In this document: positions 16,361 to 25,726 of the stretch, in pieces | Layout: every line of letters starts with the position of its first letter | How positions within the stretch are numbered: position 1 is the first letter of the stretch | From: Planctomycetota bacterium | Lineage (GTDB): Bacteria > Planctomycetota > GCA-002687715 > DRQF01 | Reading direction: 5' to 3' | Assembly (NCBI GenBank): GCA_036479435.1 | Contig: JAZGFI010000097.1 | Span: forward strand, 1-31,202 | Length of the DNA: 31,202 nucleotides | Translations under genes and position numbers: made by a program | The notes under the pieces: model-generated | Told to the model about the DNA's origin: nothing | Databases searched by the model: none | The model's input: only the letters and a program-made list of their open reading frames with translations

Positions 16361-17335
16361 TCAAAGGTCGGCCAGTTCCGCCAGGCTTATCGCGGTCGTA
16401 TGAGGTCGACTCACCGCCACCGCCCCCGCCGCCATTCCCAAACGACAAGAGGAGCTCAGGTCGAGTCCACCGCTGAGTCCTCGCGCGATAGCCGCCGCGG
16501 TGGCATCGCCCGCGCCGGTCACGTCGAAGACATCTTGGCGGTACGCGGCAAAAAACACGTGGCCTTGCGAGCCGCTCCGGCCAGGTGCGATGAGCAGGGC
16601 GCCTTCCGCGCCCAAGGTCACCAACACCGGGGCATCCCCGGCCGCGCCGGAATAGGCCAATGCCGCGAGTTTTGCGGAGGCGGCGTCGACGATCTGGGTG
16701 CCCGCAATGAGTTCGCATTCGCGGCGATTCGGCGTGATAAGCGCAGCGCCTCGGTAACGCCCTGGGTCAATGCCGGCCGCGGGATCGACCACGAAAAAGC
16801 CCGAGACTTCGCCGGCGCGCGCGCGCACCAGCTCCAAAAGCTCATCGCTCACCACACCTTTGCCGTAATCCGACACCAAGATCGCCACCGGCGCGGACGC
16901 GATGCCCTCGCGATAAAACGTGATCTCCGGCGCACTCGCCGGGCGGCGCTCTTCTTTGTCGACGCGGAGCAACTGCCGGCCCGCGGACAAAAAGCGCGTC
17001 TTACGGGTCGTGGTGATCTGCGGGTCCCGGTAGACCCCTTGAGTTTTCACTGCCGCCGCAGCCAAGCTATCGAGGACCTCCTTGGCGGCATCATCTTTGC
17101 CGAGGCGTCCGAAAAGACTGACGTCGGAACCCAAATCGCGGGCGCGCAAGGCCGCATTGGCGGCCCCACCCGGAGTGCACACGGAAGTCTGTTCGGCGAG
17201 AATCGGGACGGGGGCTTCCGGCGACATCCGCTCCACGACCCCCTCGACGAAAACGTCGAGCATGAGGTCACCCGCGACCGTCAACGCCGAAGGCCCCAAG
17301 TCAGGCAGCAAGTCTGCGACCTTAAGTTCGCTCAC
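16361..17335 (-). CDS. hldA: Heptose-7-phosphate kinase (RfaE domain I), SPEAP variant
   Basis: VAGDLMLDVF..RMSPEAPVPI, PGGAANAA, KTRF...RQLLRVD, SDYGKGV, ITPNRRE and DVTGAGD. The GTG start overlaps the end of lpxK. Confidence 0.82.
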   Translation of the reverse strand: MSELKVADLLPDLGPSALTVAGDLMLDVFVEGVVERMSPEAPVPILAEQTSVCTPGGAANAALRARDLGSDVSLFGRLGKDDAAKEVLDSLAAAAVKTQGVYRDPQITTTRKTRFLSAGRQLLRVDKEERRPASAPEITFYREGIASAPVAILVSDYGKGVVSDELLELVRARAGEVSGFFVVDPAAGIDPGRYRGAALITPNRRECELIAGTQIVDAASAKLAALAYSGAAGDAPVLVTLGAEGALLIAPGRSGSQGHVFFAAYRQDVFDVTGAGDATAAAIARGLSGGLDLSSSCRLGMAAGAVAVSRPHTTAISLAELADL

Positions 17336-18380
17336 GTTTTGCCTCCTTTAGACTTTGTTCCAACAGACTGGCGAACCGTGCGCCATCATCGCCAAAATCG
17401 ATGTCGATGCGCAGCACACTGAAACCAGTGGCGGCACCGCCGAGAGCTGCGAGCTTGGCGCGGTCTTTCTCGGTGACCAAGATCTCGTCCACGGGATCGA
17501 CCTCGGCGTGCGCCAGAATACGATCCAAGTCATCTCGATGGTACAGATAATGGTCCGGAAAGGACTCGTGCCAGGAGACACTGGCACCTAGTTGCTGCAC
17601 GAGGTCGGCAAAAGAGTTCGGATCGGCGATGCCCGACACCAAGCCGACACGACGTTTCGCCAATTCGCTTAGATGGCGAGGACGGTCCTTGGGGCCAAGC
17701 GCCAGTGGCACGAGGTCTCGAGCGACATGCCGGCACCTAAAAACGGGTACTTCGGGTGCCAACTCACTCAGCTCAGCCTCGATCTTGGACAGGGCGCTCG
17801 CATCCACTCGGTCGGTCCGCGTCAAGACCAAGGCATCAGCTCCCCGCGCCGCCGCCAAACTTTCGCGCCAAGGGCCCGCGGGCAAAATGCCCCTGGGCTT
17901 CAACAAGGAGCGCGCATCAAAAAGCAGGATCTCGACGTCGCGCTGGATCTGTAAGTGCTGGGCGCCATCGTCCAAAACGATCACCGCCGGGGGGGGGTCC
18001 CCCACAACCCTCAGAGCTGCGGCCACGCGATCGGCGCCTTGAACGTGCAGGTGATTGGGATGCCGAGACCGCAGCAGGTGCCCCTCGTCATTCAGCTCAA
18101 CCCTCTCGTGGACGAAGCTCGCGCCGTAACCGCGCGCCAGCACCAATGCCGGTCGAAACTCGGGTGGCAACAGATCCAAAATGGCGCTGACGACGGGGGT
18201 CTTACCCGTGCCCCCTACCGTGAGGTTGCCAACGCTGATAACCGGCTGCGAAAAACGATGAGAATCGAGGTAGCCCTGGTCGTAGAGCCTTCGCCGCAGC
18301 GCCATGGCACTTCCGTAGCCCCATCCGAGGGGTTTCAAAAGCAAACGCAGCCAGGCGGATTCCCAAAATCGCTTGAGCAT
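17322..18380 (-). CDS. lpxK: Tetraacyldisaccharide (lipid A) 4'-kinase
   Basis: PVISVGNLTVGGTGKTP, RGYG, DEG, LDDGAQH, PAGPWRE, SGIADP, FPDH and TEKD. Confidence 0.95.
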   Translation of the reverse strand: MLKRFWESAWLRLLLKPLGWGYGSAMALRRRLYDQGYLDSHRFSQPVISVGNLTVGGTGKTPVVSAILDLLPPEFRPALVLARGYGASFVHERVELNDEGHLLRSRHPNHLHVQGADRVAAALRVVGDPPPAVIVLDDGAQHLQIQRDVEILLFDARSLLKPRGILPAGPWRESLAAARGADALVLTRTDRVDASALSKIEAELSELAPEVPVFRCRHVARDLVPLALGPKDRPRHLSELAKRRVGLVSGIADPNSFADLVQQLGASVSWHESFPDHYLYHRDDLDRILAHAEVDPVDEILVTEKDRAKLAALGGAATGFSVLRIDIDFGDDGARFASLLEQSLKEAKRERT

Positions 18381-18576
18381 GAACGAAAGCTAACAAGACC
18401 CTGTGCCGCCTCGCTTGAATCAAGTGCTTACGAGACCTACCCTCACTCCGACTAAGGTTGGCAAAACTCATGTGGCCGCCAGCTACAAAGAGGCTCCAAC
18501 GAGCCTTTACGGTCGGGCGCCCGCGGATCGGCGACGCTCATTCAGCATTAGGCCATGCTTGCCGACGAGGAACCCA

Positions 18577-20334
18577 GTGCGCAGCTTCTTGTTTCACCCT
18601 CGAGTTCGAAGACTGCTCGCACCCGAGCGCCAGCGCATCGTCATCGCTTTGGTCGCTATGACCTTACGCGGCTTGTTCGGCCTTGGCGTACCTTTTTTCT
18701 TCGGCCGCACCATCGGCCTCATCGCTGATCGCGCGCCGTCGGAAGAGGTCTGGACGAGTGCCGGTTGCCTCGTTGCGGTTTCCGCCACCACCGCCTTTGC
18801 GCAGTTTTGGATGCGCTGGCTCTATATCAGTTCAAGTCGCCGATTCGAAGAACGTCTACGCAACGAGGTCTTTGAGCATCTGACTCGCCTGTCTTATTCC
18901 TGGTTTAATCGCGCGCGCACCGGCGACCTCATGTCGCGACTAACGGCAGATGTCGAAGCCGTTCGGATGGGTGTCGGCCCCGGTGTCATGCACCTGTATC
19001 AAACCAGCACCATGGCGATCGCAGCCTTTAGCATCATGCTCATCGTCTCTTGGCAGCTCACGTTATTCGCCGTCCTCCCGCTGTCGCTGATCTTTCTCAA
19101 TATCCGGGCCATCATGCCGGCCATGCACCGCGCTTCGACCCGGGTGCAAGATCAGCTCGCCGCCGTCTCGGCGACCGCACAGGAAAGTTTTTCTGGCGCC
19201 CGCGTCGTGAAGGCTTTTGCGCGCGAAGGTCATGAGATCGAGCGATTCCAACGCGAGGCCAGCCACTACATCGACGCCTCGATGAACATGACGATGGTGC
19301 GAGGCCGCATGCACGCCGTCACCGAGTGGATGGCCGGCTTGGTCACCGTGGCCCTGATCTACTTCGGCGGCCAGCGCGTGATGAGCGGTGCCCTAGAACT
19401 CGGGTCTTTCGTGTCGTTCTTTGGCTACTTCATGATGCTGATCTGGCCCATGATCGCGATCGGCTGGACCATGGCTTTGTTCGAGCGCGCCAAAGCTGCC
19501 TTGATACGGCTGGAGTCCGTTTTGGACACCGAACCCGAAATCCAAAGCGGCCACCTTCGCGATTTTGCCGCCAACGGCGACTGGAAGGTGCGAAACCTCA
19601 GCTTTAGGCACGACGAGAGCGATCAAGATGCGCTCTGTGACATCAGCTTCGATCTTCCCGCCGGCAAGTCACTCGCCGTCGTCGGTCCCACGGGTTGCGG
19701 AAAATCGACTTTGGCCCAGCTTTTCGCGAGGTTGTTCGAGCCGCCCCCGGGGACTTTTTACTACGACGGGCATGACCTGCGCGACCTCGCCTTAGGCGAG
19801 CTTCGAAGCCGCGTGGCGATGGTTCCGCAGGAGACGTTTTTGTTCTCTGACACCATTCAAGCAAACATTGCCTACGGCGTCGACAACCATGAAACGTCCG
19901 ACGTTGAGGCGGCCGTCCACGCCGCCGCCGAAGCGGCTCAGGTCAAAGAGGCCATCGAGGGTTTTCCGCGCGGCTTCGACGAAGTCATCGGCGAGCGCGG
20001 CGTCACTTTGTCCGGCGGCCAAAAGCAGCGCGTCGCCATTGCGCGCGCCCTCATGTCCAAGGCACCTACCCTGATCCTCGACGACTGTCTTTCCGCCGTC
20101 GACACCGGTACCGAAGAGCGCATTTTAGATCATCTTCGCCAAGCCATGACCCAACGTAGTTCGGTGATCATCGCGCACCGCTTGTCTAGCGTGCGCCACT
20201 GCGATCGCATCCTCGTTTTGATCGACGGCGCCATCGCCGAAGAGGGAACCCACGAAGAGTTGATGAGCCTCAACCAGTGGTACGCGGATACCTTCCGTCA
20301 ACAGCAGCTCAAGTCCGAACTGGACGCAGCCTGA
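18577..20334 (+). CDS. ABC exporter fused TMD-NBD, heterodimer subunit A (MdlA/YheI-like)
   Basis: TGDLMSRLTAD, Walker A GPTGCGKS, LSGGQKQR, and non-canonical Walker B LILDDCLSAVD. The start is re-called to GTG 18577 with a GAGG SD 6 nt upstream. Confidence 0.9.
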   Translation: MRSFLFHPRVRRLLAPERQRIVIALVAMTLRGLFGLGVPFFFGRTIGLIADRAPSEEVWTSAGCLVAVSATTAFAQFWMRWLYISSSRRFEERLRNEVFEHLTRLSYSWFNRARTGDLMSRLTADVEAVRMGVGPGVMHLYQTSTMAIAAFSIMLIVSWQLTLFAVLPLSLIFLNIRAIMPAMHRASTRVQDQLAAVSATAQESFSGARVVKAFAREGHEIERFQREASHYIDASMNMTMVRGRMHAVTEWMAGLVTVALIYFGGQRVMSGALELGSFVSFFGYFMMLIWPMIAIGWTMALFERAKAALIRLESVLDTEPEIQSGHLRDFAANGDWKVRNLSFRHDESDQDALCDISFDLPAGKSLAVVGPTGCGKSTLAQLFARLFEPPPGTFYYDGHDLRDLALGELRSRVAMVPQETFLFSDTIQANIAYGVDNHETSDVEAAVHAAAEAAQVKEAIEGFPRGFDEVIGERGVTLSGGQKQRVAIARALMSKAPTLILDDCLSAVDTGTEERILDHLRQAMTQRSSVIIAHRLSSVRHCDRILVLIDGAIAEEGTHEELMSLNQWYADTFRQQQLKSELDAA

Positions 20335-22226
20335 TGGCTAAGCCCGCAAGGAGTGTGCACGAAGAAGAAGTGACCGGACGGATCTTCGACGCCGGAATCT
20401 ACGCTCGCTTGCTGCCCTTCGCTCGGCCCTACTTTTGGCGATTCGCGGCCTCAGTAGTGCTGCTCCTGTTCTTAGCGGCGGCCGCGATCCTCGTTCCCTT
20501 AGCGCTCAAGTTCACCCTCGACCGCATCATCAAGCCCGATCTCAGCGCCCATGACCCTTCAGCGGCGAAGCCCTTTTTCGACTGGCTCTACGAGCGAATC
20601 AGCACCGTCTCCCAAGACCCATCGCATCAGCTCATGGTGGTGGCAGGAATCCTCGTCGCCGCGGGAACCATCACTTTTGTCTGTCGACTGAGTCAGATTT
20701 GGATCGCCAACCTCACCGGCCAGCGCATCATCTACGACGTTCGCGATCGGGTGTTCCAACACATCCAGCGGCGCAACCTACGGTTTTTTGATCAAAACCC
20801 CGTCGGGCGCTTAGTGACGCGCGTGACTTCAGACATCGAAGCCGTCGCTGAGATTTTCACTGCGGGTATCGACATCATCTTCTACGACCTCATGATGATC
20901 GGGGTCACGCTCGGAATCCTGTTTTGGCTGAGCCCCAGCCTCGCGCTCATGACCTTGGCCGGCATCCCCTTTGTCGCCGCCTGGTCGTTCATTTTCAAAC
21001 GCCAAGCCCAAGAGTTGTTCCGTACGGTTCGCGCTCGGGTCAGCCGCCTCAATAGCTACATCAACGAGTGCATCACCGGCATCCGTGTCATCCAGGTCTT
21101 CGGCACCGAGGCCCGCACGAACGCGCAGTTCGAGAGTTGGAACCGCGAACTCCGCGAAGCGCACCTAAAAACGGTCAAGAACTTCTCGATGTTTTATCCC
21201 GGCGTTGAGCTCTTCTCCGCCGGCGCCGCCGCGGTGATTCTCCTCTTCGGCCACAAGCTGTTTATTGGCGGCGACATCACGATTGGCACGATGCTCGCGT
21301 TTTGGTTTTTGCTACACAAGTTCTTCGAGCCGCTACGGCAGATCTCTGAAAAATACAACGTTCTACAATCCGCCATGGCCTCGGCCGAGCGCATCACCCG
21401 CATCCTCGACGACGCATCTGAGATTCCAGAAGCGGCCAACCCTGCCGCACTCGATGTCAGAAAAGACGGACCGATTATTGAGTTTGACCACGTTCGTTTT
21501 TCATACGACGGTCGCACCGAGGTCCTGCGAGACTTGAGTTTCGTGGTGCAACCCGGCGAAAAAATTGCGATCGTCGGCCACACCGGCGCTGGCAAGACTT
21601 CGATCATCAACATCTTGGCGCGCTTTTATGACGTACAGCAGGGTGAGGTGCGAGTGGCTGGTCGCAATGTGCGCGAGTACTCCAAAACCGAGTTGCGCCG
21701 CGCCATTGGCATCGTTTTGCAGGAGGTCTTCCTTTTTGCCGACACGCTGCGAGAAAACCTCCGGCTCGGCGACAAGAGCATCAGCGACGCTTCGCTCATG
21801 GAAGCCTGTCGCCGGGTGCGAGCGGATCGTTTGATCTCCGGTCTCAGCGGAGGTTTGGATCACCAAGTCAAAGAGCGCGGCGCCAGCTTCTCGATGGGCG
21901 AAAAACAACTGTTGGCTTTCGCGCGCACGCTGGCTCACGACCCGCCTATTCTCGTCCTCGACGAGGCGACCGCGAACATTGACACCCAAACCGAAATCCT
22001 GATTCAAAACGCACTCGAAGAGCTCATGGCCGACCGCACCGTCATCGTGATCGCACACCGCTTATCCACGATCAAAAAGGCCGACCGTATCATCGTGATG
22101 CACCACGGCGAACTTCGAGAAGTGGGCACTCACGCTGAATTGCTGAAGGCGGATGGCCTTTATCGCCGCCTCTACGAGCTACAGTACCGCAGCCAAGAAA
22201 CGGCTGACCCTGGACGTGGAGCCTGA
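20334..22226 (+). CDS. ABC exporter fused TMD-NBD, heterodimer subunit B (MdlB/YheH-like)
   Basis: PVGRLVTRVTSD, GHTGAGKTS, degenerate signature FSMGEKQL, and canonical Walker B LVLDEATANID. The ATG at 20334 overlaps the TGA of subunit A (TGATG). Confidence 0.9.
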   Translation: MAKPARSVHEEEVTGRIFDAGIYARLLPFARPYFWRFAASVVLLLFLAAAAILVPLALKFTLDRIIKPDLSAHDPSAAKPFFDWLYERISTVSQDPSHQLMVVAGILVAAGTITFVCRLSQIWIANLTGQRIIYDVRDRVFQHIQRRNLRFFDQNPVGRLVTRVTSDIEAVAEIFTAGIDIIFYDLMMIGVTLGILFWLSPSLALMTLAGIPFVAAWSFIFKRQAQELFRTVRARVSRLNSYINECITGIRVIQVFGTEARTNAQFESWNRELREAHLKTVKNFSMFYPGVELFSAGAAAVILLFGHKLFIGGDITIGTMLAFWFLLHKFFEPLRQISEKYNVLQSAMASAERITRILDDASEIPEAANPAALDVRKDGPIIEFDHVRFSYDGRTEVLRDLSFVVQPGEKIAIVGHTGAGKTSIINILARFYDVQQGEVRVAGRNVREYSKTELRRAIGIVLQEVFLFADTLRENLRLGDKSISDASLMEACRRVRADRLISGLSGGLDHQVKERGASFSMGEKQLLAFARTLAHDPPILVLDEATANIDTQTEILIQNALEELMADRTVIVIAHRLSTIKKADRIIVMHHGELREVGTHAELLKADGLYRRLYELQYRSQETADPGRGA

Positions 22227-22228
22227 GC

Positions 22229-22855
22229 ATGCCTCATTTCATCGCGATCGAAGGCTTGGACGGATCTGGGACATCCACTCAAGCCCAAGCTCTAGCCCAA
22301 GCGCTCAATGAGCGCGGGGAAGCGGCTGACGCCACTTTTGAGCCCAGCGAAGGTGCGGTCGGACGGCTGATTCGAAAGTACTTGGTTGGCGACCTAAAGA
22401 GCGCCGACGAAGAAAAAGCCGACCGAAACTTCTTGGCCTACCTGTTTGCGGCCGACCGTCAGGATCACCTCGAAAACCAAGAGTCGGGCATCAAAGCGGC
22501 CATCGCCGCGGGTCGGCACGTCGTCTGCGCCCGCTACGTGATGTCCTCTTACGCCTACGAAGGAGACGATGCCGCCGAATTGGAGTTCGTGAAGAAACTC
22601 AACGACTCCTTTTTGCTGCCCGACCTCGTGCTCTATCTCGACTGCCCAGTGGAAGTCTCTTTGGCCAGGTTGCAAAGCACCCGCGACCGCCTCGACATCT
22701 TCGAGAACCGACAAAAACTCGAGCGAGTCCGCGCCGGATATCTTCGCGCCATGGAATCTTGGCCGGGCCCAGTCTTGGTGTGCGATGCCACGCGCGAAGC
22801 CGCCGCCATCACCGCAGAGGCCCTAGAGGTTTTGGATTTGGGCCACTCTGAGTGA
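22229..22855 (+). CDS. tmk: Thymidylate (dTMP) kinase
   Basis: FIAIEGLDGSGTSTQ, TFEP, LFAADRQDH, RYVMSSYAY, PDLVLYLD and DIFE. Confidence 0.85.
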   Translation: MPHFIAIEGLDGSGTSTQAQALAQALNERGEAADATFEPSEGAVGRLIRKYLVGDLKSADEEKADRNFLAYLFAADRQDHLENQESGIKAAIAAGRHVVCARYVMSSYAYEGDDAAELEFVKKLNDSFLLPDLVLYLDCPVEVSLARLQSTRDRLDIFENRQKLERVRAGYLRAMESWPGPVLVCDATREAAAITAEALEVLDLGHSE

Positions 22856-22918
22856 ATTTTGAGCCCTGCAGATCCTCTTCGGTTTCCCCTGTGAGGCCCG
22901 GCGGGTTATAAATCCTGC

Positions 22919-23833
22919 ATGCTCGGCGGGTTTCAAATATTTCGACTGCGGGGGGTTCCGGTTCGAGTCCACGCAAGTCTGTTGGCTCTCGCGGGGCTCT
23001 TGTTGGTGCTCGCGGTTGCCGCTGGCGGCACGCCCGCAGAGATCGCCTTGCGGCTCTTGGCTCCGCTCATGCTTTTCTTGACGGTGATCGCCCACGAAGC
23101 TGGACACAGCTTGATGGCGACGCGGATGAACATCCCAGTCCTCGATGTGGTTCTGACGCCCTTTGGCGGTGCTGCGCGCCTCGCGGGCCGCTTGGACGAC
23201 GGCAAAAAAGAAGCGGTCATCGCCGCCGCTGGGCCCCTCGTCAATCTGTGTTTGGCCGCGGCCGCCTTCGCCGGCATTGAGGCCGCGGGGCTCCGCGACG
23301 AACTCAACATGCGCGAGATATTCCTGCTCGAGGAAACGGAAGATGGCTTTTACGCCCGCCACCCGCTTGTCGCATTTTTAGGATTCAACCTTCTGCTCGG
23401 CTGCTTGAATCTGATCCCGGCCTTCCCTTTGGACGGCGGGCGCGTGCTACGGGGTTCTTGCTCGATTTTTTGGGGCCGGCGCGTCGCCACGCGCTTCGCC
23501 GCCCGAGTTGGTTTTTGGATTGCGGTGATCTTCTGTTTTGCGCCGTTTTTCCTCGACGGCAGCCACTGGTGGTTGCTGCCTTTTATTGGCTTTTTCATCA
23601 TCTACTCCGGCTTCAAAGAACGCCTAGTCGTGGAGGCCCAGGCGATCGTCATGGGTGGCTCTTTCGGGTCGGCACCTGTTAGCGAGGATGGGAACCGTGA
23701 GTATCGAAGCGATGGCTCGGCCGACGTCATTGACGTCGAAGGGGAGGTCGTCGAACATGACGAACCCAGCTCGCGACCGCGACTCGATTCGATTGACCCG
23801 ACCCGGCCCGCGAGTTTCGATGACCAGCCTTGA
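22919..23833 (+). CDS. Site-2 protease (peptidase M50)
   Basis: HEAGH, PFGG, AAAGPLVN and NLIPAFPLDGGR, multiple TM segments, and an acidic tail. Confidence 0.92.
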   Translation: MLGGFQIFRLRGVPVRVHASLLALAGLLLVLAVAAGGTPAEIALRLLAPLMLFLTVIAHEAGHSLMATRMNIPVLDVVLTPFGGAARLAGRLDDGKKEAVIAAAGPLVNLCLAAAAFAGIEAAGLRDELNMREIFLLEETEDGFYARHPLVAFLGFNLLLGCLNLIPAFPLDGGRVLRGSCSIFWGRRVATRFAARVGFWIAVIFCFAPFFLDGSHWWLLPFIGFFIIYSGFKERLVVEAQAIVMGGSFGSAPVSEDGNREYRSDGSADVIDVEGEVVEHDEPSSRPRLDSIDPTRPASFDDQP

Positions 23834-25143
23834 TGACGGCCAGCACTGAACATTCCGCGGCTTCCAAGCGCGAGATCGTCTCGTGGGCATTTTTTGACTT
23901 CGCCAACTCGTCGTTCACCACGGTCATCATCACCGTGGTCTACGCCCTGTATTTCAAGGGTGTCGTAGCCGCGCCGCCGGAGACACTCGGCGAGATCATG
24001 GATGGATCTTTGGATTCACTCATTAGCGGGTACGCCGCGCAACTTGGTGAAGGCGGCGCGTTTTTGTGGAGCGTCGCTCTCGCCCTCTCCAATGTTTTCA
24101 TCATTTTCACCGCGCCTTTGATCGGCGCGGCGGCTGACCGCCGCGGTCGCAAGAAGCGCTATCTTTTCATCAGCTACCTCTGCTGTAGCCTCGCCACCGC
24201 CGGGCTGTTCTTTGCCGGCTCTGGCGATGTCACGTTGGCCTTGTTGATGTTCATGGTTGCCAACATTGCCTTCGCCTCCGGCGAAAACCTCGTAGCTGGC
24301 TTTTTGCCGGAACTCGCGACGCCCGAAAACATGAGTCGGGTCTCGGCCTTGGGCTGGGGTATTGGTTATCTCGGCGGACTCGCAGCGCTGGCCATGGTGC
24401 TACCACTGGCTCAGGGTGGCAGCGACTTTCAACTTCGAAGCATCTGCCTCGTCGTCGCCGGCTTCTTTTTGATCGCAGGCCTACCCACCTTTTTGTTCGT
24501 CCGCGAGCGGGCGGTCGATCGCGGTCCCTTGCCGCGCAGCAGCTTCGACCTCGCCATGGACCAAGTTAAAGAGACTTGGCACGCGCGCCGCCGGCACCCC
24601 GACTTGTTTCGCTTTTTATTCGCGCTGTTGTTTTTCAGTATTGGGGTGTACGGCGTCATCGGCCAAGCGGCGCTGTATGCGGAGTCCTTGTTTGGGCTCG
24701 CGCGCGAGTCGATCATCCTGATCTTCATGGCCAGCCAGATCGCAGCCGCAGTTGGCGCTTTGGCCAGTGGAAAACTCGGCGATCGTTTTGGAAGCCAGAA
24801 GGTCTTGGGCGCCACCTTGATCCTTTGGATTATCACCGGGCTGATCGCGCTCCTCGCGTCGTCACCCGGCGCCTATTGGGTCATCGCCATGACCGCAGGC
24901 TTCGCGATGGGAGCAACGCTTTCGATTGCAAGGGCCATCGTGGGCCGCCTCACCCCCGCAGGCCAAAGCGCCGAGACTTTCGGCTACTGGGGCTTATTCG
25001 GCCGCCTCGCCGCCTGTCTAGCTCCCGCCGGCAACGCCGTCGCCATCTTTTTTACCGGCAGCCTTCGCACTGGGATCGCCTACTTCACCCTCTCCTTTGC
25101 GATCGGCTTCCTGCTCCTCTTCCGAGTCAAAACCAAACTCTAA
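23833..25143 (+). CDS. MFS transporter (UMF1/ATG22-like)
   Basis: SWAFFDFANSSF, GAAADRRG, RVSALGWGIGYLGG and GKLGDRFG, with about 12 TM segments. The ATG overlaps the upstream TGA. Confidence 0.9.
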   Translation: MTASTEHSAASKREIVSWAFFDFANSSFTTVIITVVYALYFKGVVAAPPETLGEIMDGSLDSLISGYAAQLGEGGAFLWSVALALSNVFIIFTAPLIGAAADRRGRKKRYLFISYLCCSLATAGLFFAGSGDVTLALLMFMVANIAFASGENLVAGFLPELATPENMSRVSALGWGIGYLGGLAALAMVLPLAQGGSDFQLRSICLVVAGFFLIAGLPTFLFVRERAVDRGPLPRSSFDLAMDQVKETWHARRRHPDLFRFLFALLFFSIGVYGVIGQAALYAESLFGLARESIILIFMASQIAAAVGALASGKLGDRFGSQKVLGATLILWIITGLIALLASSPGAYWVIAMTAGFAMGATLSIARAIVGRLTPAGQSAETFGYWGLFGRLAACLAPAGNAVAIFFTGSLRTGIAYFTLSFAIGFLLLFRVKTKL

Positions 25144-25231
25144 CCCAAAACCTCCGCCAAACCCTGAACACTCGGGTCAGACCAAAGTCACCACCCTTTG
25201 GCGCCGCTACCATTGCCTCAACTCAAAAGGG

Positions 25232-25726
25232 TTAGTTCAGCGCCAAGGCGTACCAGGCCAGAATGAAGAACCCCAAGCCCAGGGCCATGGCCACCAAGCG
25301 CCAAGTCTTTCGGCCTTGCAGCACCCGCTCGTAGTCGCGTCTTTCCGCCCTCACTTCTAAACGCTGGAGAGCGCCCAAGGACGCTGCGGTCATGCCGTCA
25401 ACTTTGCGGTGGAGATTGTCGACTTGGATTCGCAGATGTGTCAGGGCTTGGTCGAGGTTGTGATGGCGCGACAAGAGGGTTTCGAGGGCGCTGCGGTCGA
25501 CTCCTCCGAGGTAAGCGCGGAACTGCGGCTCAAGTTCTGGGCTTGGCGATGCCAGGGTTTCGGAGTCGAGTCTGGGCTCGCGCGATGTCGTTGATCTCAA
25601 TTCACTTTCCGCCGTTTCGAGTTGGCGCTCAAGCTCTTCCATGTCGCGCTTGCGCTCGACGAGCCGGCGCTCAAGGAGCTCCAAGTCGGGGTTCTCTTCG
25701 GGGGCTTGCGATGGCTTCGGAGTCAC
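25232..25726 (-). CDS. Hypothetical coiled-coil protein with C-terminal TM anchor
   Basis: Charged heptad-like stretches and a C-terminal WRLVAMALGLGFFILAWYALA. The GTG start overlaps the upstream TGA (GTGA). Confidence 0.7.
   Translation of the reverse strand: MTPKPSQAPEENPDLELLERRLVERKRDMEELERQLETAESELRSTTSREPRLDSETLASPSPELEPQFRAYLGGVDRSALETLLSRHHNLDQALTHLRIQVDNLHRKVDGMTAASLGALQRLEVRAERRDYERVLQGRKTWRLVAMALGLGFFILAWYALALN

Noticed and set aside
16400..17422. 340-aa plus-strand ORF
   Set aside because: It is an antisense shadow of the heptose kinase, Arg/Gly-rich with no motifs, as expected in GC-rich DNA. The same applies to the many other short overlapping ORFs in the track.
18403..18576. 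N-terminal extension of ABC subunit A
   Set aside because: It is not ABC-like, it fills the divergent promoter region, and GTG 18577 has a well-spaced SD.
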